Positions 32,212-41,218 of a stretch of 64,000 bases of DNA are shown piece after piece; position 1 is the first letter of the stretch; each line of letters starts with the position of its first letter. The notes beneath the pieces were generated by a model. It saw only the letters and a list, made by a program, of their open reading frames with translations. It ran no database searches and was not told the origin of the DNA. The stretch covers positions 2,784,001-2,848,000 of the forward strand of contig CAXXJV010000001.1 in the NCBI GenBank assembly GCA_963663475.2, given 5' to 3'. Position numbers and translations under genes: made by a program. The DNA comes from Candidatus Cloacimonadales bacterium (GTDB taxonomy: Bacteria; Cloacimonadota; Cloacimonadia; Cloacimonadales; JAFGVF01).

Positions 32212-32860
32212 TTAAATTACATCTATAACAACAAAGAGTTTTTTTAGAATAGTTGTCAAGGAGATAATTACTTTTTTTAGATAAATTGTTTCTTAGTTGT
32301 AAATTAGCCTAAAAAATGGTCTCTCTCTAAAGTAGAGTTGGTATAATTTAGTTCATGTGTTCAGTTTTTGTCTAAAAGAGAGGATGTCCATATCAGCAAA
32401 ATCAATAATAATGTCGTCCTTCCAGGGCTAAGATAAATCTTGGATTATGTATACAGGGTCTACCGAACCTGACTATCAAATGACATCCCTTCGGGATTTA
32501 TTGATTCTCCAATAATAAATTCGATTCTCTCCAAAGTAGAGAGGTTTTTTGAAAAAAATAAAAAAAAGTTTAAATATAGAAAGTACTAAAGAAAACACTT
32601 GCTCAGAGTCAAATAAATGCGTGCCTATTTATGGTCATAGAAAAAATGATTTGTGAAATTAGAACTATTTCTGGTTAATTAGTGTAAAGAATCTTCTTTT
32701 CTTTTCACATTTATTGCATTTCCCTCACTACTTTGAAGAGAGCCTTAAAATCTTATAACATTTCTCAAAAATAATACAGTAGATTTTTGATAATAGCTGA
32801 ATATTGTCTAAAAACCTACTGCAAGATTGGTTTTAAGCTTGATTGAAATATTTATTAAAT

Positions 32861-33289
32861 TTATTCTTGACTTTCTAAATTTTTAAGCCCCTTAGCTACG
32901 AAGATTAAGGCAAGTCCTAAAAGGATAAGAGAAATTTGTTTACCTGAAGAAGTAACGATATTATCCCACATAGTAGATTTAAGTTCTGTTAGACCTTTTT
33001 CGTATTCTGTTTCAAGTTCAACGCTATAAGAAGCAATAGTAGAGTCTGAGAGACTTTCTAAATACATAAGGTCTTCGGCAGATAATTCTTCAGTACCAAT
33101 ACCTTGCTTATAGTTTAGAGTTTGTTGGATCATTTCTTTACTTTGTTCATATTGATTTTTATATGAAGCTTTTTCTAAATTATAGGCATCGACATCACCT
33201 TTAATAGATGTAAAAGTCAGGAATACTCCTAAAAGAAGTGCAATTAACCCGATTGAGTTTACTACATTTGAGTAAGTGTTTCTTTTCAT
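32861..33289 (-). CDS. Hypothetical membrane protein (two terminal TMs, helical middle)
   Basis: 142 aa, GGAG RBS, last gene of the apbE-folE2-M16-activase run. Confidence 0.7.
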   Translation of the reverse strand: MKRNTYSNVVNSIGLIALLLGVFLTFTSIKGDVDAYNLEKASYKNQYEQSKEMIQQTLNYKQGIGTEELSAEDLMYLESLSDSTIASYSVELETEYEKGLTELKSTMWDNIVTSSGKQISLILLGLALIFVAKGLKNLESQE

Positions 33290-33300
33290 TTTTATAGCTC

Positions 33301-34068
33301 CTAGTTATTATTTGCAATTAAGGAAGCACCAAGTGCTCCAGTTATTATTGGGGTTTGGTAAGTATATATTGGTACTTGTAACAAATCTTCCAATATAATT
33401 TTCATGGATTTATTAAAAGAGACACCTCCTGTGAAAGCCACAGGTGTCTGCCAGTTTAAAGAATGGACTTGATTAATAATTCTTTTAGCAATAGACTTAT
33501 GAACAGCTTTTATAATCGTATTGCGAGAATAGCCTTTAGCTATCATGCCAATTATTTCTGATTCAGCAAAGACTACACAGGTTGAATCAATATCAATTTC
33601 AGTTTCTGCATGGAAAGCAAGATCAGACAATTCATCTACAGAAGTTTCAAGTATAGTAGCTACTACTTCCAAGAATCTGCCTGTTCCAGCAGCACATTTA
33701 TCATTCATAACGAAATCAATTACTTTATTATTTTCGTCTAAGGTAATGACTTTAGAATCTTGTCCTCCTATATCGATGACAGTTCTAGTTTCTGGATTCA
33801 GAAAGGATATGCCACGAGCGTGACAGATGATTTCAGAAGATATTTTATCTCTAAAGTCTACTAATTTCCTACCATAACCTGTTGATACGACTCTTTCAAC
33901 TTTATCTAGCTTATGTTTCTTTAAGATATTATCATAGAGTTTTTGGGCAGTAAGCTTTGGAGTTACTCCAGTAGCAGTATATTTCCAATCAATAATTTTA
34001 TTTTTTGAATGATCAAAGAGGACTATTTTACTGGTAGTTGAGCCGACATCAATTCCTATTGTAAGCAT
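33301..34068 (-). CDS. 2-hydroxyacyl-CoA dehydratase activase (HgdC/BcrAD/BadFG ATPase)
   Basis: GIDVGSTTSK, TGYGR, DIGGQDSK, MNDKCAAGTGRF and STCVVFAESE motifs. Confidence 0.92.
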   Translation of the reverse strand: MLTIGIDVGSTTSKIVLFDHSKNKIIDWKYTATGVTPKLTAQKLYDNILKKHKLDKVERVVSTGYGRKLVDFRDKISSEIICHARGISFLNPETRTVIDIGGQDSKVITLDENNKVIDFVMNDKCAAGTGRFLEVVATILETSVDELSDLAFHAETEIDIDSTCVVFAESEIIGMIAKGYSRNTIIKAVHKSIAKRIINQVHSLNWQTPVAFTGGVSFNKSMKIILEDLLQVPIYTYQTPIITGALGASLIANNN

Positions 34069-34074
34069 ATCTTA

Positions 34075-36612
34075 TTACCTATAGATTTGAGTATAAAGGT
34101 TATTGCTAGTAAAGTAAGTTTCAGCTATTTGAGCAATATCATCAAATGAGACCTCTTGTAGTCGTTTTTCTCTATTAAGATAAAAGTCATAGCTATAACC
34201 CAAAGAGCTAAGGATACCTAAGGAGCTGGCTTGAGAAGCCACACTTTCATCGTCAAGTAAACGCTGTCCATTGATAAAGTTTTTAGTAAGTTCCATTTCT
34301 TCTTTAGTAACATTATTTTTAATAATATCCTTCATTATCTTTTTCATTGAAGCTATAGCTTGTTCTTCCCTATTCCTATCAACAATGGCATAGTTAGCAA
34401 AGAAACCAACTTCAGAAAGGGCTGTAAAGTCAAAACCTACACTGTAGGCAAGGCCGAGTTTCTCTCTTAGTTCATTAAAGAGACGAGAAGAAATCTCCCC
34501 TCCGATAATTTGGGATAAAACGTGGAAGGCAACATTAAGTCTGTAATCATTGGCATTACAGGCGAAGCCACCTATATGAATAATAGATTGGTCATTATCA
34601 TAATCAAAGATATGTCTCTTTTTAGAAGGTGGAGTATAGATGACTTTTTCCTCTACCTGAGAATGATAAGAAGTAAAATTAAAAGTATTTTCAACAGTTC
34701 TAATAATATTATCAAAGTGAATATCCCCAATCACAACTAAGCTCATTTGAGATAAGTCTAAGAATTCTTTATGCCAAGAATTAATTCTCTTTCTTGTAAT
34801 TTTAGTTACATCAGATAATTCACCAGTTTTATTGATAAGATTAGAATTTCTTCCAAACAAGAATTGGTTAAATTTCTTTACTGCATCTTTTGTAGGGAAG
34901 TCATGAATTCTTCTCAAGTTTGATCTGACAGATTGTTTAATATTATGCAAATGATGAATAGGAAATTGAGGTTCTCTGATTAAGTCTGCAATTAGTTGCA
35001 GACCTTCAGAGATATACTCACCAAAGCACTTGACCTTGAAGCCAGAAGTCTCAATTCCATTATGAACATTTAGGTTAATCCCTCTTTGCTTGCAGTAATC
35101 AACTAACTCTTCATAGGAATATTTTTTTGTACCAAATTGCATTAAAGCTAAGGTAAAGAAGTTAATCCCTCTTAGCTCTACTGGTTCACAGAGCTGAGAA
35201 ATTTTTCTGGTTAGAGATATCCCTACAGTTGGTTTACCTAAAACTTTCTTCATAATAATTTTCATACCATTGCTAGTGGTATATTCCATGTAATTATTAT
35301 TCTCATTAGAGGTTAACACTTCATTTTGACTACTTTTAATATCTTTTTCTAATTTATCAAGAAAGTGATTTTTTGTTCCTAAGTGAATAATTTTCAAGTT
35401 ATCAAGTTTATAGAATTTATTTGCTACATCTAAAAGATGTTGAATATCTAAAGATGCTAATCTAACAGGATAACGAAGAATACCTTCATAGCCACTATCA
35501 AGTTCTTCAACACCTAGAACACTAGCAAAGTTTTCAACATATTCAAAAGCATATTTCCAACTATGCTCCTGTTCAACTTTTATCTTTCTTAACTCTTCAT
35601 AAGTTAATCCTTGAATTCTCATACTATTATACTCTTCAATGAAAATTCTACAGATATCTTCTAGGCAAGTATTAGATTTTGGCACAATTAGAATTATTGA
35701 AAGACCGTCATAGTGGCCTGATATTGACTGTACTTGGATACTGGTAACTAACTGTTCTTTAATATATAGTCTCTTGTATAGTCGCGAGTTTTTACCGATA
35801 GCAAAGCCTTTAGTAATCAAGGATAAAGCTAAGCCATCTTTTGTTTTCTCACTAATTTCAGGAATAACAAATGCTAGAATTTCCTGATTTAGATCTTCAT
35901 TAACCACTGTGTGAGTAGAAAAGCCTGTTTGGTAGATATTAGGACAGCTTTCAAACTCAAGATTATCATTAGGTAACCAAGAAGCAAAATATTTTTCTAC
36001 TATACTTTTTATAGAGTTAAATTTAAAATCACCACTGATAACTAGAAAGCAGTTATTGGCTTTATAATACTTTTGATAAAAAGCTCTTAAATCATCAGGA
36101 GTAGAGCTTTCTAAATTATCTAAATGACCAATTATTGGGTTATGATAAGGGCTTTCTTGGAAATAAAACTGAGGTATTTTCTCTACAAAATCTTCTTCAG
36201 GATCATTAGCATACTGCTTTAATTCTTCTATAACCACCTTCTTTTCTGTTGTGAATTCTTCATCAGAAAAGTTAGCTCTCATGGCAAGTTCAGACAGCAG
36301 TTCAAGTCCATTCTCAAGGTATTTTGATGGAAGAGTTAAATAATGACAGGTAGAATCATACTCGGTATAAGCATTGATATTGGCACCTAAAGAAGATGCC
36401 TTTTCCATTATTTTATTATCTGGATAGTTTTGGGTAGATTTAAATACTAAGTGTTCCATTAGATGAGAGTATCCAGACTCATTACTTTTCTCGTGAACTG
36501 AGCCCACTTTTACATAGAGCTGAAGACTTATAATAGGGTTTGATTTATCCTTAGCAACAATAATTTTTAGGCCATTATCGAGGAAATGGTGCTTGACATG
36601 GGGATTTATCAT
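34075..36612 (-). CDS. M16 (pitrilysin/insulinase) zinc peptidase, two-domain
   Basis: Inverted zincin HLMEH, NAYT, and C-terminal SRLF.ELREK.GLAY. Confidence 0.92.
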   Translation of the reverse strand: MINPHVKHHFLDNGLKIIVAKDKSNPIISLQLYVKVGSVHEKSNESGYSHLMEHLVFKSTQNYPDNKIMEKASSLGANINAYTEYDSTCHYLTLPSKYLENGLELLSELAMRANFSDEEFTTEKKVVIEELKQYANDPEEDFVEKIPQFYFQESPYHNPIIGHLDNLESSTPDDLRAFYQKYYKANNCFLVISGDFKFNSIKSIVEKYFASWLPNDNLEFESCPNIYQTGFSTHTVVNEDLNQEILAFVIPEISEKTKDGLALSLITKGFAIGKNSRLYKRLYIKEQLVTSIQVQSISGHYDGLSIILIVPKSNTCLEDICRIFIEEYNSMRIQGLTYEELRKIKVEQEHSWKYAFEYVENFASVLGVEELDSGYEGILRYPVRLASLDIQHLLDVANKFYKLDNLKIIHLGTKNHFLDKLEKDIKSSQNEVLTSNENNNYMEYTTSNGMKIIMKKVLGKPTVGISLTRKISQLCEPVELRGINFFTLALMQFGTKKYSYEELVDYCKQRGINLNVHNGIETSGFKVKCFGEYISEGLQLIADLIREPQFPIHHLHNIKQSVRSNLRRIHDFPTKDAVKKFNQFLFGRNSNLINKTGELSDVTKITRKRINSWHKEFLDLSQMSLVVIGDIHFDNIIRTVENTFNFTSYHSQVEEKVIYTPPSKKRHIFDYDNDQSIIHIGGFACNANDYRLNVAFHVLSQIIGGEISSRLFNELREKLGLAYSVGFDFTALSEVGFFANYAIVDRNREEQAIASMKKIMKDIIKNNVTKEEMELTKNFINGQRLLDDESVASQASSLGILSSLGYSYDFYLNREKRLQEVSFDDIAQIAETYFTSNNLYTQIYR

Positions 36613-37395
36613 CTACTTATTTCTCCCACTTGTTACAGAAGCATAGGCTGAGTGATTATGAATAGATTCAAAATTTTCAGATTCAACACTATAATCAGTA
36701 ATTCTTTTATCCTTTCTAAGCTCAACAACTACATCTCTAACAATATCTTCAACAAATTTAGGATTATCATATCCCTTTTCGGTAACATACTTTTCATCTG
36801 ATCGCTTTAAGAGAGAATATACTTCACAAGAAGCTGCAGCTTCTACAATTTCAATTAACTCTTCAAGCCAAACATATTCTGAGTATTTGATAGTTACTGT
36901 TACAATAGACCGCTGATTATGAGCACCATATTCACTAATTTCCTTGGAACAAGGACATACTGTTGTTATCGGAACCTTAACCCCGATTTGCATTTCAAAT
37001 TCATCTCGATGAGATGCAATAAAGAAACAATCATAAGACATTAGGGATTTAATTGCCGAAACAGGTGCAGTCTTATTTATAAAATAAGGGAATGCTATAT
37101 TCACAAAAGCTGAATCAGCATCAAGTCTTTTTTTTGTTTCCAGAACAAAGTTCTCTATTTCAGAAATCACATTTCTTTGATGATACTCATTTAAAATCTC
37201 AATGAATCGAGACATATGTGTTCCTCTATGATGATGAGGAAGTTCCACAAATATATCAAGATCAGCTATAGTATGCTGAGTTTCATTAGTCCTATCTTCT
37301 ACTATAATGGGGTACTTAACCCCTTTTACACCAACTTTATCAATAGTTACCTTACGGGTATCATTCAAGTTTTGGATATCAATTGTATTTTTCAT
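36613..37395 (-). CDS. folE2: GTP cyclohydrolase IB
   Basis: RGTHMSRF, CPCSKEIS..GAHNQRS, NPKFVED and ESIHNHSA motifs. Confidence 0.96.
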   Translation of the reverse strand: MKNTIDIQNLNDTRKVTIDKVGVKGVKYPIIVEDRTNETQHTIADLDIFVELPHHHRGTHMSRFIEILNEYHQRNVISEIENFVLETKKRLDADSAFVNIAFPYFINKTAPVSAIKSLMSYDCFFIASHRDEFEMQIGVKVPITTVCPCSKEISEYGAHNQRSIVTVTIKYSEYVWLEELIEIVEAAASCEVYSLLKRSDEKYVTEKGYDNPKFVEDIVRDVVVELRKDKRITDYSVESENFESIHNHSAYASVTSGRNK

Positions 37396-38495
37396 TATTC
37401 ACCATCAATAAATTCATTATATAAGTAATAGTCAATCCCTTTGGAATTATCAGTTTTTTCAGTTTTAAGTGAGGTTGCTTCCCAGGTTTTACCAACTTCA
37501 TCATAGATATCGCTATAAATAATAGCTTCAGTGTCATTAAGAGTTTTTAAGTAATCAATAGCACTATCACTATCAAGCATAAAGAGAGCTGTAGACAAGG
37601 CATCGGCCTCAAAAGCTGTTGGAGCTAAAATAGTTACTGATGCATTTTGGTGGCATGGATAACCTGTGACAGCATTTATCAGGTGATGATAGCGAATATT
37701 CCCTACATCAAAATATTGCTGATAATCACCAGAAGTTGCCACAGACATATTTTTTAGATTAGTTAGTTGGGCTATTATATCCGAAGAGTTACGGGGATGT
37801 TGAATACCTAGAATAATCTTCTGAGATATATCACCAAAATATCTAATAGAAGATATCTGATCAACATAACCAGCCTTGACTCCTTGAGAAAGAATCATTT
37901 CAACAGTTTTATCAACTATGTAACCTTTTGATAGTGCCCCAAAAGTAATCTGCATATTAGCAGGAAGCTGTATATAGTCTTTATCATATTGAACTTTAGA
38001 AAAATCAACTAGCTGTAATTTTTCTTTAATATCGGTTGAATCAGGTATCAAGCTAGCATTAAACTCAGAGTTACCCCTCTCAGCCTTATCAAAATGCCAT
38101 AAATCATAAAGAGGTTTGATTGTTATATCAAACTCTCCATCAGTGAGCTTATACATTTTATCAGCCTCTAATAAGAGTTCATAAATATCTTGGTCAATAG
38201 GAACCTTTTTTCCTTGGGCATGATTAATTTTATAAACAATACTTTCCTCATAATCTTCAGAGAATTTATATATTAAATCTTGCATGTAAGCAAAAGCATG
38301 TCTTGTAATCTCTTCCCCATTTTTTTTATCGCTTAGGACATATATTTCAGTTCTTAAACTATTACCCTGAGTGGTCGGAGTATAGTTCAAATACTTACTA
38401 TCAACAAATTCATATTCAACAGTGGCAAATTTATATATAGCAATAATTATAACTAAAGCTAATAATATCAATGATGTAATTTCTTTTCGTGTCAT
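37395..38495 (-). CDS. apbE: FAD:protein FMN transferase
   Basis: FDITI.PL..LW, GALSKGY.VD, VATSGDYQ, YHH and ADALSTA motifs; N-terminal membrane anchor. Confidence 0.92.
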   Translation of the reverse strand: MTRKEITSLILLALVIIIAIYKFATVEYEFVDSKYLNYTPTTQGNSLRTEIYVLSDKKNGEEITRHAFAYMQDLIYKFSEDYEESIVYKINHAQGKKVPIDQDIYELLLEADKMYKLTDGEFDITIKPLYDLWHFDKAERGNSEFNASLIPDSTDIKEKLQLVDFSKVQYDKDYIQLPANMQITFGALSKGYIVDKTVEMILSQGVKAGYVDQISSIRYFGDISQKIILGIQHPRNSSDIIAQLTNLKNMSVATSGDYQQYFDVGNIRYHHLINAVTGYPCHQNASVTILAPTAFEADALSTALFMLDSDSAIDYLKTLNDTEAIIYSDIYDEVGKTWEATSLKTEKTDNSKGIDYYLYNEFIDGE

Positions 38496-38588
38496 ATTTC
38501 TCTAATCCTATTTTTAATATTTTACCACTTCAATATTAACACAATATTTGTCAATCTAAACATCATTTTTATGGATATTATAGAAGGA

Positions 38589-38614
38589 AAAGGCAGGTTT
38601 GATGCCCTGCCTTT
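38589..38614 (-). terminator. Intrinsic terminator after the three-gene secreted-protein cluster
   Basis: AAAGGCAGG..CCTGCCTTT with a T-rich tail on the minus strand. Confidence 0.7.
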
Positions 38615-38686
38615 CTTATGTTAATAAATCTTTTTATTTGCCTTAGAATTGCCCGTGGAAGTTAGAATGTTAAGGGTCAGATAATA

Positions 38687-41149
38687 CTACTTCAAAACCA
38701 TTATTTTACTACTGGCACTATATCCACCAGCTTTTACTTGGATAAAATATAATCCGCTGGCAACTTGCTTATTATTCTCATTTCGTAAGTTCCAATTGGT
38801 AGAGTATAGCTGACCATCAGCATAATTTGTTTTAAGTCCTGCATGTCTTTGCATATCTTGATAACTGTTCTCTAGTGAAATCCTCTTAACTTTCTGCCCT
38901 TTTAAGTTATATATTGTTAGAACAGGCTTATCTTTAATCCTCTTTGGTAAAACAAATTCAATATTACTCATGCCACTCCCTTTACTCTTGCTTCGAGAAA
39001 CCGGGTTGGGATAGACTAAAATTTGTGGCTCAGATATAGATGATACCTCATTGTCTTCATTATGAACTGGCTCAGAGTTGTATTCAAATGCTCCTATATC
39101 AACAGCATTTCCCCAGACTCGAGCATTACCTGCTAAGTCTGTACTTGCAAGAAAAGAAGTATCTGAAAAACCAGCATCTATGCAAGGAGAATTATCTGAA
39201 AGCCTATAGTAATCTACGTCAGAAACAGTCAAAGAGTCAACATATTCTCCTAAAAAGTGAGGATTTGTACTAAAGAGGTTATCTCCTTGTTCTACTTGAT
39301 CTTCAACCCAGATATATGGAGATTCAACATAAAAAAGATTATTATAAAAACTACTTTCAACAGTCACCCATTCCCAATTAGGTCCTAAGATAAAGTTACT
39401 CAAATCGAAATCACCTGTGCTGTTAGGATTATAAAATATTGAGTTGTATATTTTAGCATTACCAACAGTCCCAGCGAAGTGTCGATTCCCATAATTATTA
39501 GCAATTGTTGAGTTTGATATTAAAATACTAAAATCTTCATTAAAGGACTGATTAATACGAACAGGTCTAATAGTCCCAGGACCGGTAAAAACATTATTAT
39601 CAAAAATAAGAGCATTATGCATCTCAAAGGTACAATCGCTATAAAGTTCTTGATTTATATAGTAGTTTAAGAGAGTTGCATCCTCGCCTTGGCAATCTGT
39701 GATAATTAGATTTCTGATATCTAAGTTGCTATTAACTGCGTATATCCCTAGTTCATAATTATCTCCATGGAACATTTTGTTGTTACGAATGATGATATTG
39801 TTAAGGGTATAAGTTCCGGCACTAAAATCAAGGGCATTAAGATCAGAATAAGTATGTGAGTTATTATTCTGAATAATTATGTTCTCTAAAAGAAAATCTG
39901 CTTCAGGTCCACCCAGGGCAAAACCTGTTGTATTAATATGAGTTGTTCTATCATACTTTAAGTCATGAAAATAGTTAAAACCTATTGCGTGACTCCACAC
40001 TGGGGCATAGCTGTAGCCACTACTATTTTGGAAAGTCATTCCTCCAAATTCAGTATTTTCCATAAATTTTCCACCAATATTAACTAAACCATTCTCGCCT
40101 TCAATAATAGTCTGATCTATTCCTGCTCCTAAGAGCTTTGTGTTAGACTTTAAACTAAAAGGAAATCTTTGGTTATTTTGGCTCCAGGAATAAGTTCCTG
40201 GGGCTACATGAACAGTATTAGGATTATCTGGATTTGATTTTATCATCTGCATAGCTCTAACAAGTGTTTGTAGTGGTTCAGTTGCAGATAGACCACTATT
40301 GCTATTGCTACCCTCAGGTGAGACATAGACATCTTGATCAATCTCAGGAAAATATGCTTCTTGAACTGAGATTGTTACATTGCCAATACCTGCTTCATAA
40401 GGAGGAGATGAATTCCCCCCATCTAAGACATAATAATTATCAATCTCATTTATAAGAGCTGAACCAAGACTTAACTCAATTTGAGTGCCTTGATAATCAT
40501 TGTAGTTGCCGATAAAGATATCCATGCCGTATAAACCAAAGTTATTAAATACACGCAGGTTATTGCATTCAACTTGGACACCTGAACTGAGAATCATTCC
40601 ACCACCTTCTATACCTCTATTGTTAGATATCTCGACATTCTCAAAATAAATACTTGTATTTGAACCACTAGCGGAAATGCCACTTCCTCCTATGGATATG
40701 TTTTTTATAGCTTTTATATTTTTTAATTCCAAATGTCCAGCTTCAAATATTCTAATTCCTCCACCAACTGTTGTATATTGATTAGTATCTACCACATTCA
40801 AATCATCATAATTATTAGAAAAAGTAAAACCATTGACTGTAACATCTTCTCCATTTTCAATGCGTAAACAGACCTGTCTATTTCCATCAACAATGGTAGA
40901 ATCGATATACTCTTGCAAGGGCTCTAGAGCATAGAGACTTTGCAAGGTTAAATCCTTGCCGTTGGTATTTAATCTTTCTATGTAATGCCCTGGATGGACC
41001 AAGATTACATCATTATCATTGGCAGAGTTTATTGCGGATTGAATTGAAGTATAATCTGCAGTGCCATCTAAATTTACTTCTATCAGAGTACAATCTAACT
41101 TACTCATTAATAGTAGAACTATAATTAGCAGTGTTAATCTTAATTTCAT
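38687..41149 (-). CDS. Secreted beta-helix protein with FlgD-Ig/T9SS-type CTD (paralog of 26595-28991)
   Basis: EVNLDGT.DY.SIQ.AIN.A, YVSPEGSN, SPCIDAG..DLAGN.R..DIGAFE, and a YPNP..IYNLKGQ..ASGLYF CTD. Confidence 0.8.
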   Translation of the reverse strand: MKLRLTLLIIVLLLMSKLDCTLIEVNLDGTADYTSIQSAINSANDNDVILVHPGHYIERLNTNGKDLTLQSLYALEPLQEYIDSTIVDGNRQVCLRIENGEDVTVNGFTFSNNYDDLNVVDTNQYTTVGGGIRIFEAGHLELKNIKAIKNISIGGSGISASGSNTSIYFENVEISNNRGIEGGGMILSSGVQVECNNLRVFNNFGLYGMDIFIGNYNDYQGTQIELSLGSALINEIDNYYVLDGGNSSPPYEAGIGNVTISVQEAYFPEIDQDVYVSPEGSNSNSGLSATEPLQTLVRAMQMIKSNPDNPNTVHVAPGTYSWSQNNQRFPFSLKSNTKLLGAGIDQTIIEGENGLVNIGGKFMENTEFGGMTFQNSSGYSYAPVWSHAIGFNYFHDLKYDRTTHINTTGFALGGPEADFLLENIIIQNNNSHTYSDLNALDFSAGTYTLNNIIIRNNKMFHGDNYELGIYAVNSNLDIRNLIITDCQGEDATLLNYYINQELYSDCTFEMHNALIFDNNVFTGPGTIRPVRINQSFNEDFSILISNSTIANNYGNRHFAGTVGNAKIYNSIFYNPNSTGDFDLSNFILGPNWEWVTVESSFYNNLFYVESPYIWVEDQVEQGDNLFSTNPHFLGEYVDSLTVSDVDYYRLSDNSPCIDAGFSDTSFLASTDLAGNARVWGNAVDIGAFEYNSEPVHNEDNEVSSISEPQILVYPNPVSRSKSKGSGMSNIEFVLPKRIKDKPVLTIYNLKGQKVKRISLENSYQDMQRHAGLKTNYADGQLYSTNWNLRNENNKQVASGLYFIQVKAGGYSASSKIMVLK

Positions 41150-41218
41150 AATGTATCCTTTTTTTTGATTGCAGAGCTTCGTGTGAAGCTCTGCAATGTA
41201 ATGGTTATTTTATCTATT

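Noticed and set aside
38616-38626. TTATGTTAATA resembling a XerD arm
   Set aside because: There is no XerC arm at the proper spacing; the upstream sequence is a terminator stem.
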